60,000 bases of DNA from Amphiscolops sp. MND2022 (taxonomy: Eukaryota). The notes under the pieces were generated by a model. It was not told where the DNA came from. It was given only the letters and a program-made list of their open reading frames with translations, and did not search any database. The position numbers and the translations under genes were made by a program. Shown here one piece after another: positions 26,401-39,916 of this stretch. Position 1 is the stretch's first letter. Every line of letters begins with the position of its first letter. The stretch spans positions 45,882,001 through 45,942,000 of the forward strand of contig OZ076409.1 of NCBI GenBank assembly GCA_964187785.1, given 5' to 3'.

Positions 26401-29398
26401 GTTGGTCAATGCAAGAGATAACTGTCTTGGCCCATGATATCTTTTACCTCTCTCATGCTGATGGTTAAGTCTTTCAAAACCTACATGTGAGGATAAGCTT
26501 CCTTCAACTCCTTGGCAACTCAATTTTTACGTTGGGATGACTGTAGCAAATGATGTTTTCATCAACGTTTTAGTCTTAATCACCAATTTTGACTCGAATT
26601 CTTTGGCTCCTGATATCTGACGTTCCATGAATCCCTTCGACATTCAATTTAAAATCAACTGACGACCCCGTCAAGCTTAGATTTTTCAGCAAAATTGTGT
26701 CTTGCTTACAATTTACAGACTTGCTCTAGAGCCACGCAAAGCGAACGTCTCCAGTGTTTTGTTTACATTCTCTATCGTTATTGGAATGACTGCAAGCACT
26801 CCAATGCTTCTCATTAAGAACAGATTAGAGAGGTTGTATCAGCATTTTGATTTTGTTCCGCATCCTTGTATGGTCGGTGTAGAAATCTTTGATGAGGTTT
26901 TTCACAACCAATGACGTTGCAGAGACTTCCAGAGCAACTTCTTGTCTGATGTGCGTCTGACAAATATTTGACGCACAGTCTCAGTTCTTTCTCCTTTTGT
27001 CCTCTTTCTTTGACGTTCATCTTCTTGATTTCTCACACTTCAATGTTGAACAATTACCATCTTTCAGCACACACCCTCGATGGGATGGTTTTTTGATAAG
27101 GCTTTCCCAGTGTTTGTTGCCGATGTTGCAAACAGGCAGCCTTTGGCTTTTTGTTTTGGCTCGACTTCGCTCGATCAGCATTCGGGATTAAATTGACGAA
27201 CAATTCAACTAGGAAATTTGCTATATCGTTGCGAGTCCAGGTTGATACAGGTTCATTTGTTCGACATAAGTGAGCTACTTCGTTTTCATGACTAGTGTTA
27301 CCTTCCTTGTAGCACTGGCCAGAACTCCGTCCTAGATTTCTTTCCCGTAGTTGGGAGTAGATCTCCACGAATGGCGTCAAAACAATCACACAACTCGACA
27401 CTCTTCGCGCATACTTGATCAATGCAACTCCGTTATAAAATTTCGTAGGTGGGAAGAAACAAATTTGCTTCAACGCAGTACCACTTCAGGTTTCCCAAAG
27501 TAACAACTAGCACGATCCATAAGATATCTCAGCAGTGTTTTCCAATCAAGCAACCGCCTCTTTTGCTTTGCCCGTTACCATGGTTTTCAAGTCGTTCATC
27601 TTCAAATTGTCGTCCATATTTGCTGCGTAGATGGCTGCTTGGATTATCTGAGACCTTTTTGATCATTCCAACGGATCAGCGGAAAATTCTAACAACTTAG
27701 GTTTGGCAAACTAGTTCTGATGTATTAGTCCTCTCTTACTTTGAGGCAAAGTTCGGCCCTCGACTTGACAAATACTAGCTCTGCGTGCTCGCGAACTGTG
27801 GTGATTCAAATGCATCACTCACGTTGCCTCCTTTTAGAGGGCAGTTAACAATTGCGGCCTGCACGGTTTCGATGTGGCGAGTTTCACTTCTGGTTGTATT
27901 GTTGGTCTTTGACAGCCAGCAACGCGGTCAGTCTCTCTTCTGTCCCTTCTGTTTTTTCACACAGCGGCTTCTGTGGACATGGTCGTTTTACCTGAGAATT
28001 TCAAGTCCCTTTCTTTCGCAGAGCATTGTTCTCCAAGTGTTGATCGTACTGCAAACACCTGTTTTGACTTTGATGTTTGCGGGTGTACTGAAGTAATGTA
28101 AATGGAATGAACCACGTTTTAACCTGCAATTGTTTCCTCTATCCACACAGTGACTTTTGTCACAATGACTGGCGACCCGAGCGACGAGATACTTCGCAAG
28201 CTAGAACTGCAACTACTCGAACTTTTCGCCATTTTTGTTTCCTTTTCAGCCATTCTGCTTTTGCGGCCCAGCTCCTCTTCTACTTCAGCTGTTTGTTTTT
28301 GTTTTGCTTCACGTTCCGCGTTGTTCAGACGGGTGTGCAGTTATTCTTGTTTCCTCAAAGCTTTGAGATCCAAATGCAAAACTTAGACCGCACTTGATGT
28401 TTCTGATATTCTAGGTTTTTTGCTTTTAGTTTTTTGACCTTGCGAATGTATGCTCAATTCCTCTGTTAGCATTGCAATGATCTAGCTTCAATTGTTGACT
28501 CTTGGCCGCCACTCGGGTTGTGAACATCGTGATCTTTTCTCTCGTCGTCTAACTCCAGCTCCTTTTGTTGTGAGGTACCACTTTTATGGGTTCTATCTGC
28601 TGCGGAGTTTGCACTAACTTGTGCTAGTCTTCGTTCAGTGTCTTAAGAATTCGCAAACTGGCTCCCTCATCTCTTGACTTTAGGAAAGCATCAATTTTCC
28701 TTGTGATGTCAAACATTTCTTCAATAGCAGGTTTCTTTTCCTGAAAATACAAATAGCTTTGTATTTCCTCTTTATCGTGCAGTAATTGCATCAGTATTTT
28801 CACAATCCGAATGCTAGAGTTTTGTTGCTGTAACTAATCTAATTGGCTCCGCATCGCTTGGTTCACGGCTGGCACCATTTAGGGTTGGTACTTGAGTTTA
28901 ACTGCATTTTCGAGAGAGAGCCCTAATGAGTCCTTCTGACCTTTTAATGCCCTAGTCGAACTCCCATACTATTCTTGCAAGAATCTTGCAGAAATGGTAC
29001 ATATCAGACACTATCTGCAAGAATCTTTCAAGAATCTTGGATTTCAGACAAACCTGTCAGATTCTTGCAGATCAGACATTTCTTGCAGATTCAGACGTTT
29101 CTTGCAAAATTCTTGCAGGTCAAGACATTTCTTGCAAAATTCTTGGACGGATCTTGCGAGACAATGTCTGAAACTTGAAAGACATTCCGCAAAAAATTTC
29201 TTGAATGTACGGGACACGTCAAAGCTATTTTTTCAGTTTCAAACCAAGAATATGTTCGAATTGAATGTAAATGTCTCGTATATGTAGTCGCGCGGACTTA
29301 AATGTGACAGAGAATTTTGAACCAAGCAAGAATTTTGAACCAAGAAACAAGCCATCTTGGAAGGCGTTATTATTAGTAATAGTTGTCATGTAAACGAA

Positions 29399-30071
29399 GT
29401 GGAATAATGTTTATACTGATGTTATCACGTGAAACTGTACATATATGTACAGTAGTGATGTTTTTAAAAGCAACAAAAGGCAAATCTCAAAATCGAACAT
29501 CTCTAAAATAGCTGCGATTTTTGAAAAATGATAAGAATGAAAGTTTCTAGGATTTTTATCTGGTTTACAAAGATGTTTATTTGAAGGTTATGCGATGAAA
29601 ATTGTAGAAGTTAGGATACGTCATTTTTAATCAAATTGAGGTCAAAATTGAGGTTTCGATCTTTTCTGTTAATTCTCCCTCATCAATTCAATTCCCACCA
29701 GTTAAGCCGTCAAGTGAAATTATCATTGATAAAATAGTAACAACCAACCAAAATGCAGTATTTCACAACTTTAACTGCAACTGAAACTCATCGCTGATAG
29801 TGGTGGAAAAAAACGAAGAGATAGATTTGTTCAAAAATACATTTTTCTTTCAAAATTTTTTTGGAATTAAAAAAATTTAAGTGGGTCAAAAATTCAAAAA
29901 ACTAAAAAATGATGTTTTGGAAATCGTTCTCGACCAATGAAATGAGCGCGTCAGATCTTCATCAGCCAATGATATTTGTTTATTTGCTTTCTTTCCGCGT
30001 GCTATGTTGCTTCTTCTAGAATCACGGCTGTACAATTTTACGTGATAACATCAATATAAACATTAATCCAC
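29399..30071. mobile_element. TA-flanked MITE (29450-30030) inside a ~43-bp outer inverted repeat
   Basis: Outer arms GTGGAATAATGTTTATACTGATGTTATCACGTGAAACTGTACA and its near-perfect reverse complement at 30029-30071. Inner ends TA|CAGTAGTGAT...AAGCAACA and TGTTGCTT...ATCACGGCTG|TA. Confidence 0.65.
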
Positions 30072-30524
30072 CAGTGTGTCATCTGAAATTTGCTATTTCA
30101 GAGCTACAGCAATCGATGAATTTAACCTAAATAGAGGTAACATGGAACTGAGTAAGTTCACATTGATTGTGGTAACATAACGACAATTTAGAACCTGAAA
30201 CTGACGGAACTAACGTCCTAAAAACTGGTATAACGTTTAAATCTTTATAAGGTTAAAACGTTTCCTGAGAAATGAGTAAAATTTAGACGTTATTCCTTTA
30301 GACGTTATTCCCGCCCCTAGTTGATAGTTGTGGGCAATTAAAACTTCCCGTGCTTACTGTGGCAGGAACTAATAGAAAAGATCCAAATTATGGTCATCAT
30401 GTGTCATAGTATGAGGAAAGGTGAATTCTAGATTGAAAAGCGATGGACATAGATGGACATAGTTTCCTACTTGACGAGACAAAATACGTTCGAAATGAAC
30501 ATAAAAGTCTCGTATATGGAGCCG

Positions 30525-32255
30525 CACAGACTTAACTGTGACTGAAGATGTTGAAATATGATTTGTTTATTTTAGAACTACTGCTTTTAGGAGCTGTTCG
30601 TTTGCCACGATGGTGACCTAGGTAGGACCTAGCTAGGACAGTCGCTTGGGCCGTGTCATAACTTGCGAGGATCTTGATGAAGGAACTACTCAAGTGTACA
30701 TGTACAGTGAGCTGAAACATACGTCAGTGCATCCAGAAAAATACAGGTGTAAACAATTTCTGCTACTGCTAGCTATACAACAGGTGCAGCTCAGAAGGTA
30801 GTCTTATTCTCATGAAGACGAAAGCAGCAGACTACCTCAAGTGTGATTCGTCGAAGTTTGGAGATTCGGTCCACTTGACAGCAACAACAAACTTGAATCA
30901 CATATGCCGAACGAACGCTTAATCTTTGAATACGTGTACATATATATATTTATCTTCATCTATATTTGTTTTGCTGATGCTGTAAAAATCTTTCATTTGA
31001 AAATTGTTACACTCTTTTTTTTAATTTACTTTCGAGAATCAAGCATTTCTTTCAAGTTACTCTGAAGGTTCAGGCATTTTAATCCAAGTTACTTCCAAGA
31101 TCAGGCATTTTCTTCCAAGATACTACCAAGATCAGACTTTTTCTTCCAAGTTACTTCCAAGATCAGGCAATTTCTTCCAATTTACTTCCAAGATCAGATA
31201 TTTTTTGCAAGATCTTGCAAGACCAGACATTTTCTTTCAAGATCTTGCAAGACCAGACACTTTCTTGCAAGATCTTCCAAGATACCTGCAAGAATAATGC
31301 ATTGTCTTCCAAGATCTTGGAAGTGAAATCTGACAGATTCTTGCAGAAAATGTATGGAGGTTCGACTTATTCAATTCAACAAAAAACTATCAAAATATTG
31401 GATCAAACAAAAGAAAGATCTTATTATATTACAACTAATTCAATCGTTGTTCCCCACTATGGTGATGATAAACTATGTGTCTTATCTCCCCGGACTTAAA
31501 TGTACATGTGACCGAAGTTGTTGAAAAATGATATGTTCATTTTAGAACTGTCAGTTTTGAGAGCTGCACATTTAAATTGCCACGATACAAAATTGCTAAT
31601 GATGCCACGATGCAAAATTGCCAATGATGCCACGATGGTGATCTAGGACAGCCGCCTGAGCCGTGCCCTAACTTGCGACGATCTTGATGAAGGAGCTACT
31701 CAAGTGTACAAGTACAGTGAGATGAAACATACGTCAGTGCATGCAAAAAACAGAAAATGTACAGGTGTAAACAATTTCTGCTACTGCTATATAATAGGTG
31801 CAGCCCAGAAGGTAGTTTTGTTCTCATGAAGACGCAAGCAGTAGACTACCTCCAGAGTAATTTGCCAATTTTGGACATTTGACAGCAACAAACTTGAGTC
31901 ACGTATATATGGCGAACAAACGGTTAGGCTGTAATCTTTGAATACATGTACGTTTTGATCTTTATCTTCAACTATATAAACATAGTTTTGCTGTAAAAGT
32001 CTTTCAATTGGAAAATTTCAAACTCTTTTTCCAATTCATTTTGAAATTCAGGCACTTTTTCCCAAGTTACTCTCAAGAATCAGGCAATTTCTTCCAAGAT
32101 ATTTCCAAAATTAGGGATTTTCTTCCAAGTTACTTCCATAATTCACACATTTATTGCAGGATCTTGCAAGACCAGATATTTTCTTCCAAGATCTTCCAAG
32201 ATACCTACAAGAATAATTCATTGTCTTCCAAGATCTGACAGAAATTCGACAGGGG
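30525..32255 (+). repeat. Tandem duplication of the right ~800 bp of the TIR element (30525-31367 and 31490-32255)
   Basis: Shared blocks such as GATCTTGATGAAGGA(A/G)CTACTCAAGTGTACA and GGTGTAAACAATTTCTGCTACTGCTA. Both units end in TTCGAC. Confidence 0.85.
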
Positions 32256-32648
32256 TGGCATCTGTTTGTCGAAACAGTAACTCTACTATCTGTTTCTTGT
32301 CATCATTGCGAGCTAAGTTCTCTTCTATTGCTTTTACAGACCTGCCGTCCCCAACAGCTGTATCCCAGAAAATCACAACTTGGGATTTGTCCGCTGACTT
32401 CTTGAGAAAGTTTTCAGTTTTTGTCGAGACTTTTCTGTTTGGATTCAACCATCTTTTCGCCTACCACTTAAATTCAGTTCCCAGAGACACAACAGCCCTA
32501 TCTGCCACGGACACAATAGCCCAATCTCCCAGAGACACGGTAGCACTGACCCCAGGAGTCAGGCACCTGTTTTTCATGGGCAATATCTTTCAATTGTTTC
32601 CACAAGTTGAGTTGTCTTCTTCGTCTTCGTCCGGGTCAACGAACCAAA

Positions 32649-33558
32649 TGTAACGGCTGCTTGCCCTTATCTTGTGCTGAAGCTTGACAAATTTTACACC
32701 ACCCTGATCAGTTGTTTATTTCTGGTTACCGTTACTGAACAATCGGGGTTTTAGAGTATGTAAAGGACTGTATATTTTAGTTGGTGGGTTCGATGCGATC
32801 CGCCGTAGGATCTCCGTTGATCGCGTTTTTTACTTGCGTTGTCTTTCCCTCACAAACTTCCAGCTCTGTATCTTCACGCATTCCAACTCTCCAACAATTT
32901 CAACCATGAGAATAGCTCTGACTTCTACCAAAATTTGTAAAAATTTGAGAAGTTGATGCATCTCTTGTGGTGAGACTCGACCTGACCATAGCAATTCAGT
33001 CGTGAGAAGTTCTAGCTTGTTATTGCAGATATCTGATTTACAATTCTTCAGTAACTTTACGTCGAAATATGTGGTTGGAATACTTGCATCTAAAGGTAAA
33101 AACAAAAGTTAGTGGTTATGTAAACAAAGCATGGATGGCTATACCATGTTTGTCATGTGATCCCGAAACTAAGTGTACACAATGTAAATATCATCAATTT
33201 TATAATAGGAGAGATATGATATGAGAGATACATTCTAAAGATGTCATATGGGTCAAACACGAAGTTCACATTTTGACGCGATGACTTTGAACACCACACA
33301 TGTGAGGGGTAAAGGGAAGTTATAATGGGTGAGTGACTTTGCAACTTAGCTGGGTTGTTTTTGGTAGGTACATGCATATGTATGCCAAGTTTCAAGTTTC
33401 TACGATTAGTGTTTGTCCAGAAAAACTAAAAAAAAGAGTCCAATTTTTCTCTCTTTGTTTTTTTTGTCAAAATTTCAACTACGTTTTTAAGAGTTAAAGT
33501 TTTTTCAACCACTATGTTCCGAATCAAATTTTTGATTGTTGATGACTGGTGCCAACCA
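32649..33558 (-). repeat. 5' LTR of BEL/Pao element
   Basis: Starts TGGTTGGCACCAGTCATC, ends AAGCAGCCGTTACA, and is followed by PBS TGGTTCGTTGACCCGGA (32646-32630). Confidence 0.85.
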
Positions 33559-35880
33559 CGACGTCATGAATTTGATATGGGTTCTTTGGGTTTCAATGCA
33601 ATTCTCGCAATGGTTGATAAGGCGTGCAATTCTGGCTGCCATTTCGGGAAATACAGTTTTCCATCCATCACCGGATACACGTGGCAATACCCGGAATCTT
33701 TCTGCTCGTGCGTGGTGTGCACTGATGAACTGATAGTTGAACTGTGGATGTGAGAGGACTTGCAGGCATTTCATTTTGTCTGTTTCCCTGTAAAACTGTC
33801 GATATAGCAGTATATCATCCATTTTTGTCAGGCTTCCTGCGTTGAGTAGCGTACTCCTCGGGGATCCGTTGCTTTTAATTGCTCGAGAGGGCGTTGTTTT
33901 AGAAGATTTAAATCTGATCCGCTGATGTCTCAGGGTTCGCTGTTTCACTGCGTCAACTTCCTGGTATTCTCCTGACTGGACTGATTGTAGCCTATCCTTC
34001 ACGCCCAGTGCTTAGGCTCCCATGTTTGTTCCTCTGACTCGATTTTGTCTTCAGGCATGAAAACGAAGTGTTTTTTGGTGATATCGGATGATTGAAACGC
34101 ATTTGGAATTTTGTTTTCCGTATGTCATCTCTTGTGGTTTTCAGGACCTTTTCTTTAGAGTCGAAGCCTTGACGTGAGATGAAACCATGTGTCGTGTTCA
34201 TCAGTCTTTGCACAAGTGCTATGGTAAAGTTGAACATGAGTGCAAAATGTCCACACGGCTGGTGGAAAGGCATTTGCCTGGAAGGACATGAACACTGACT
34301 TGTTGTCCGACAGCAAAATGATCAATTTGGTTGACCCCTTCAATATATGGCTCTATTCAATGAATGCAAGTTCAATTATTAGGAAATTTTCACCGTGGAA
34401 GGACATCTTGATCTGAGCTGGCGCAAAACGTCTTGGACCCGAACGCGACGGTCGCATACGTTTTCGTGAATGAAGTCAACTTCTCGTCCCTGTAATTCTT
34501 GTTCAAGATGGCAAATGTCCTGCGCCCTTGAAGTTGGCGTCCATGATTAGTACGGTTTCGCGGTCGTTCAGGACGGGGTTCTTTTACTCAAAAAACCCAT
34601 TCGTTTTCCAGGGCTTTTTTGATGCTGCTTAAGTTTTAAATGATCTGGTTTGTGATCTAATTTCTCAAAAGTGATATGTAAATTAAGTAAAGTTTGACAA
34701 AGTCAATGTACCGTTTTTTTTTTACTTTTGAGACTTTGTCAATGTACCGTTTCGAACTTTTTAGGATTTTTTGATTTGTGATCCTAAGGAATTGTTTCCT
34801 CTTGGTGAGACGCTTAGTCTAAAGAATTCGACTTCCCCGGAAACGAACTGGCACTCTGCCCTTGTCGGGCTCAGGCCTGCCTCGTATATGCACTAGCTCT
34901 CGAGCGAGTTGTTTGCAATCCCAATGTCGTCGACATACTGGGCAGGCAAGCGTATCGGCTTTTATTCTCGCAAAAAATTTGAAAAAGTGGAGATGGACCG
35001 GTTGAGCTCTTGTGCCATTCACATTTAGGCGAAAGAACTATTGGCAAAATTGACTGCTTGTTGCTCAACAATTTTCTGGGCCGCCTTTTACAGCACATGA
35101 TACGCTTGAGACCAATCTAGCTTACAAAGCAGTTTCTTTCCAGCTAGACACCAGCCACCGTCGAACACTGAGCTCACTGGATAGTTGTTCTTAATGTTAA
35201 CATCAGTAATGAGGTCGTGAATTTTTCTGAGATCGACAAATAGTCTGAGGGTTACTTTAGGGAAGAAATCTTTGCTGAAAGGAATCGTGGTAAAGATGCC
35301 GTGATAATGCATTTTATTCAATTTCACTGCAATGACGTCTCTGCAGGCTCTGTGTATAGGCCGCTTGGTTGTTTTGGGGTGCTAACTTGTTGGAATTTTC
35401 ATGTTAATCCCGCTATCCAACCGGTGTCTGGTAAAAACATTGTGCCATTCGACAAGGATGTGTGCAATGTCTGACCTGTCTCGGCTGCTGAGTTGGGAGT
35501 CTGCCCATCTGAGATTTGCCAACTGTGCGGCTCTATCTTCGTGACTGTTATCGAGGTTCATTTTCTGTACGAATTTAAGCTCCTCGATTTAACGCAAAAT
35601 TCGTTGTTAGATAGGTTTATGGGTAGTTGGTTCTCTCGGATTGTTTGGCTCGAAACACCAGAAAGTTTTCGAGGTGTCTGGCTCCTCTGCGGATATGACG
35701 TACTCAATTGCCTGCTCTGAGTCGTGATGGACTAACGCATTGAATGGACCTGTACCGAGGTGTTTCACTCGTTTGGTTCCAATTTGGGACAGGATGATCA
35801 ATTCCGCTACAGTTGAATTCATTTTAACTGCGATGGTTTTGTGGAAGCGTTATTGATTCTGATTTCAATTTTTGAGTTCG
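33559..35880 (-). pseudogene. Gypsy C: RT, RNase H and integrase zinc-binding domain
   Basis: LFVDLRKIHDLI...CKLDWSQAYH (35088-35327); IILLSDNKSV; LLYRQFY...H...CENC (33505-34002). Continues at 22000. Confidence 0.85.
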
Positions 35881-35952
35881 TATCTGTTAAAATTAAAATC
35901 ACTTTGAAAATCTGGTTGTCTTCAGAATTCGTGGATGTATTATGGACTATAC

Positions 35953-38900
35953 CAAATGTCAGCATTCACAAGCGTAGTCCGTGAGCATTTGGACCCCTTG
36001 GTCAAAGCGGACCAGTGTGCTCAATATGTTGACGATATTGGAATTGCAGCACACCCACCTGAAGAACTAACCTTGAACTTGTTTTTCAGCAATTGGACAA
36101 AGCCGGTATTAAATTAGGCATGGGTAAATGTGAGTTTGGACAAAAACAAATCGAGTACATGGACAAAACAATTCCAGTACAGGTATTGCTCCCATTGAAA
36201 AACGTGTAACAGATTACTTGAACAAGTTGAAACCTCCAAACTCTGTGAACGCATTGCAACGTTACCTCGGATTTGTCAATTTTTACAGGTCTTACATCAC
36301 CCGTCTGGCAGATAAATTTTAATGTTTACAGGAACTAATCAAGAAAGACGTCCCATTCAAATTGAACCAACAGCATAAAGATGCAATTTTTGAAATTATT
36401 GAAAGTCTTTTGAAAGCTACTAAAGTGTCTCTAAAATTACCATTACCTGATAAACAATTGGTAGTAAAGTGTGACGGCAGCGAACACGCTGCCGGCTATG
36501 TTTTGTTGATCGAAGATTATGCTGACCCGTCAGCAAAACAGACATATTCCCCCGTCGCCTTTGGTTGCAAGAAGTTTCAGGGAGGCCAGATGTCTCTAAC
36601 AATGTATGCTAAGGAGTTTTTAGCGATGCACTTTGCATTTGATGAATTTGGCCACATTTTGTTGGGTGCGAAGAAACCCATCATTGTTATGACTGACAAT
36701 AAGGCCTTAACCATTTTTTCAGGCGAAGCACATCCCGCCTTCACTTTGGAGTTCTTGTGACCAAACTCTTCAGTTCAATTTTTTTAGCACACGTTCCAGG
36801 AGTTGAAAATCCCGCAGTGGACTACTTATCTCGCCGTGAGATTAGACCTGAAGATCGTGTTCATTTAAAATTGACTAATACCATTCCTATTCACAGAATC
36901 GAAATCGACATCGCTTCCAGAACACCGAAGCAGGAAGAAGACGAGCCTGACTACTTTCCCACAAGCGAACCACTCAGATGCAAACGCCAGATGAATGTAA
37001 AAGAGCAGAATTTGGCAGTTAACACTGATGTGGCCCACGACGATGGGAAAGGGATGAAGTTACCAACTGTGAGAGGACAGCGGCCTCACATGACTTCATA
37101 GCGAACGACAACCTTCTGACGTACCGCCTCACAGACGTGGACGAGCCGATACAGCTCACCCAATTCATCCGTAAAGTATCATTATCAAGCCCGGTAATGA
37201 GTCAGGTTAGCCCCGCTGAGGGGATCGATCTAATTGAAAGTCAAAAAATTTGCAACACCCAGTTAACATGCAAGACCAGTTTTTCCAAAAATTGTATAAA
37301 AATCGTAAAAGACTACAAGTTGTAAACGGTGTTCTGTACAGCCAGTTTTTTGACCACACGGGACTAGAGTCTCATAAGCAGCTAGTCGTTCCTGAAGACT
37401 ACATCACGAAGATAATAAGAGCTTTGCATTAAAAGCCCAGTACAGGGACACCCTGGTTTAAACAATATGTTGTTTGAAATACGTAAAAGATACTACTCCC
37501 CAAACCTAGCCTGTAAAGTTCAAAAAGAACTAGACTGATGTGAAAATTGCATGAAATCAAAAGGTGTAAAAGAATCTCAACTACGTCCACCGTTACAGAA
37601 AATCTACGACCCAGGCGACGGACCAGAAGACATGTTAGAAATAGATATAGTTGGTCCACTCCCGGCGTCGAACGGTTTCACACACATTCTAACGGCAGTC
37701 GATTTTTTTTCACGCTACCTGTTCGCAGTTCCGTTGAAACGACCTGATACGCATTCAGTCGGCAAAGGACTACTATCGATCTTCACGAGACACGCCTATG
37801 TGCCCAAGCACATACTGACGGACAAAGGTACGGCGTTTACGGCTGAACTACTGACCGAAATCGCGAAATCGGCTGATATACAATCTCCCACGCCACGATA
37901 AAACACGCACAAACAATAGGCATGGTTGAGCGAACTCACGCAAAACTAAAAAAGATCCCTAAAATTAGTGTTAATGCAGATAGACCACGATAGGACCGCT
38001 ATGTCGACATAGCAATCATGGCCCATAACACGACTTACCACGTCTCCCTGAAATGCACTCCGACAGAGTGTTTTCACGGTAGAATACCTTACAATCTACT
38101 AGACCTGCAATTCCGCAATGCAAAGAAACCGGCTGAAACAAAGTGCAAAGACGTGAATGAAATTCTAAACAAAATGAATTCCATATTCAGAGACAATTTA
38201 GATAACATCATATCCGCTTATCACAAGTACAAAATAAACTATGATAGGAAAGCACGAGCACAGCCACTGAAGGTGAACGAATTTGTATTCCTACTAGACC
38301 CTAAGTACGACTCTCAACAAAGCAAGGAAGAGTTTAAAACTTTCTATTGAAAAGGACCGTACAAGGTGATGAAAGTGCTATCCGATAGTAACTACATCAT
38401 CCGCAAAGTAAGAACACACAAGACTTAGTGCGTACCCAGAATGCGACTGAGACTGTCCAAACCGGAATTTCCTACTGACGACATCAACGTGTCCAAACAC
38501 CTTTACCCCGACAAGGAAAGGGTTGAAGACACAGACATATTCGATTCGAATATTCCGACAACCGACGAAGTAGATCAGAACAAAAACGACAATCTAGATC
38601 AAGACTTGGTCGAAGATGAGCCTTCAGAAGAAATAGTTGAAAGACAAACAGTACAAAACCGAAGTCCACCACTCAACAGCACGCCTGAAATAGACACGAG
38701 AAAAGAAAATCCACAAGTAGAAGTTGATCACATCGACTTTAGACCACCTACAGTGCGTTTTGGAACACATGAAGAAATTATCCTACCGCCTCCCCGCAAG
38801 GAAAGTAGGATAAGAGTACCTCTGAGAGATGAACCACACGAACGTCATTCGCAACAAACGCAAACGCGAACCGACGATGAGGAAAGGATGAGTTCTAGAC

Positions 38901-39037
38901 CGTCTAGAAACAATCAAAGTAGGTACAGGTTACGCGCGAATCCTACACCGAAAACATATCCAGACTTCCTCATTCATGAAATTACCACAGCCCGAAAAGC
39001 CTTGAGAAAGACAAACAACGTAAATGTGACGATTTGA
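35953..39037 (+). pseudogene. Gypsy D: pol from RT core to end (RT, RNase H, INT), 5'-truncated
   Basis: CAQYVDDIGI; KCDGSEHAAGYVL...YAKEFLA...VMTDNKAL; EIDIVGPLP...AVDFFSRY...LTDKGTAF; MAHNTTYH; terminal SRYRLRANP. Confidence 0.93.
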
Positions 39038-39916
39038 CGCAGAAACATCAGATTTCCAAACACACGAAGTGTTAAAAATGAATAAACTCGTCAACTTGAA
39101 CCAAATACATGCAATTCCACCTTAAAACGAACATGAAGATGTAAAATGGATGAACAAACACTAAAATTACATGCAAAACGAATCGCAACAAAACACGATG
39201 TAAAACGGATGAATAACTACCAAAAACTCCATGAAATGAACAGTAAAAATTTACAAGATGAGAAACGGATGAAATCACATAAAAACTCACACTACACCGA
39301 CAAGATAGAAAAAAGTGATGGTTTAGCCAACAAACGACTTATACACATGAAAACATTTTCTAACGATGTATTTGTGATGGAGAATACCATCAAACAGATT
39401 AAACTCATCGCCGTATTTTGATAATACTCTAGCTCGGCTAGAGGATGAAATAGCGATGAACTTGGTCAAAATATATCACATACATGAAAATCATTTAAAT
39501 GGATGCATTTACGATGGGAAACACCATCAACATGAGAATGAAACCATCGTTTTAATACCACAATACACTAGCTCGGCTAGAGGTTGGGAAAGGGATGAAT
39601 TTCATTCACCGATAGACTCAACTAAAAAAAATAGCTAAATGACCAATACATGTAATTGTATACCTGCCAAATAACTAAATGACGTCATCTAGTCAAACGG
39701 ACAGCCACAAAAAACATGTACCCAAATGAACAGCCTGACAATGCAATACACATGTAATGACACTTAATGGATTAGATAACATATGCAATTCACGCTAAAA
39801 TCAATTAAATCTAAATGAAAACTAACGAACCAAACAATCGAAAATACATGAAATCTACTAAAATACATGCTAAACAAAAGAATCTACAAGACAACCACAA
39901 AACGGAAAAAGGAGTG

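Larger units (their letters stand above)
28950..32255. mobile_element. Non-autonomous TIR element, CCC...GGG ends, 2-bp TSD (TG), subterminal TCTTGCAAGA arrays; CACTA/EnSpm-like
   Basis: Ends CCCTAGTCGAA / TTCGACAGGGG are both flanked by TG. Removing the element and one TG restores gag TDAIKRSEG, colinear with TETFKKSEQ in the uninterrupted paralog (~22090). Confidence 0.75.
23444..32648 (-). mobile_element. Decayed BEL/Pao internal region (gag, PR, RT, RNase H, INT), interrupted by a DNA element
   Basis: VRRVCNAASKF...HIFGA (25835-26149), VDLHIFTDA (25077-25313) and CNVIGCEKPH (26814-27020). Colinear with 47224-53563. Confidence 0.9.

Noticed and set aside
28975..29170. Regular short repeats resembling a CRISPR array, with overlapping ORFs
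   Set aside because: No unique spacers and a eukaryotic context. These are subterminal repeats of the TIR element, and the ORFs are repeat artefacts.
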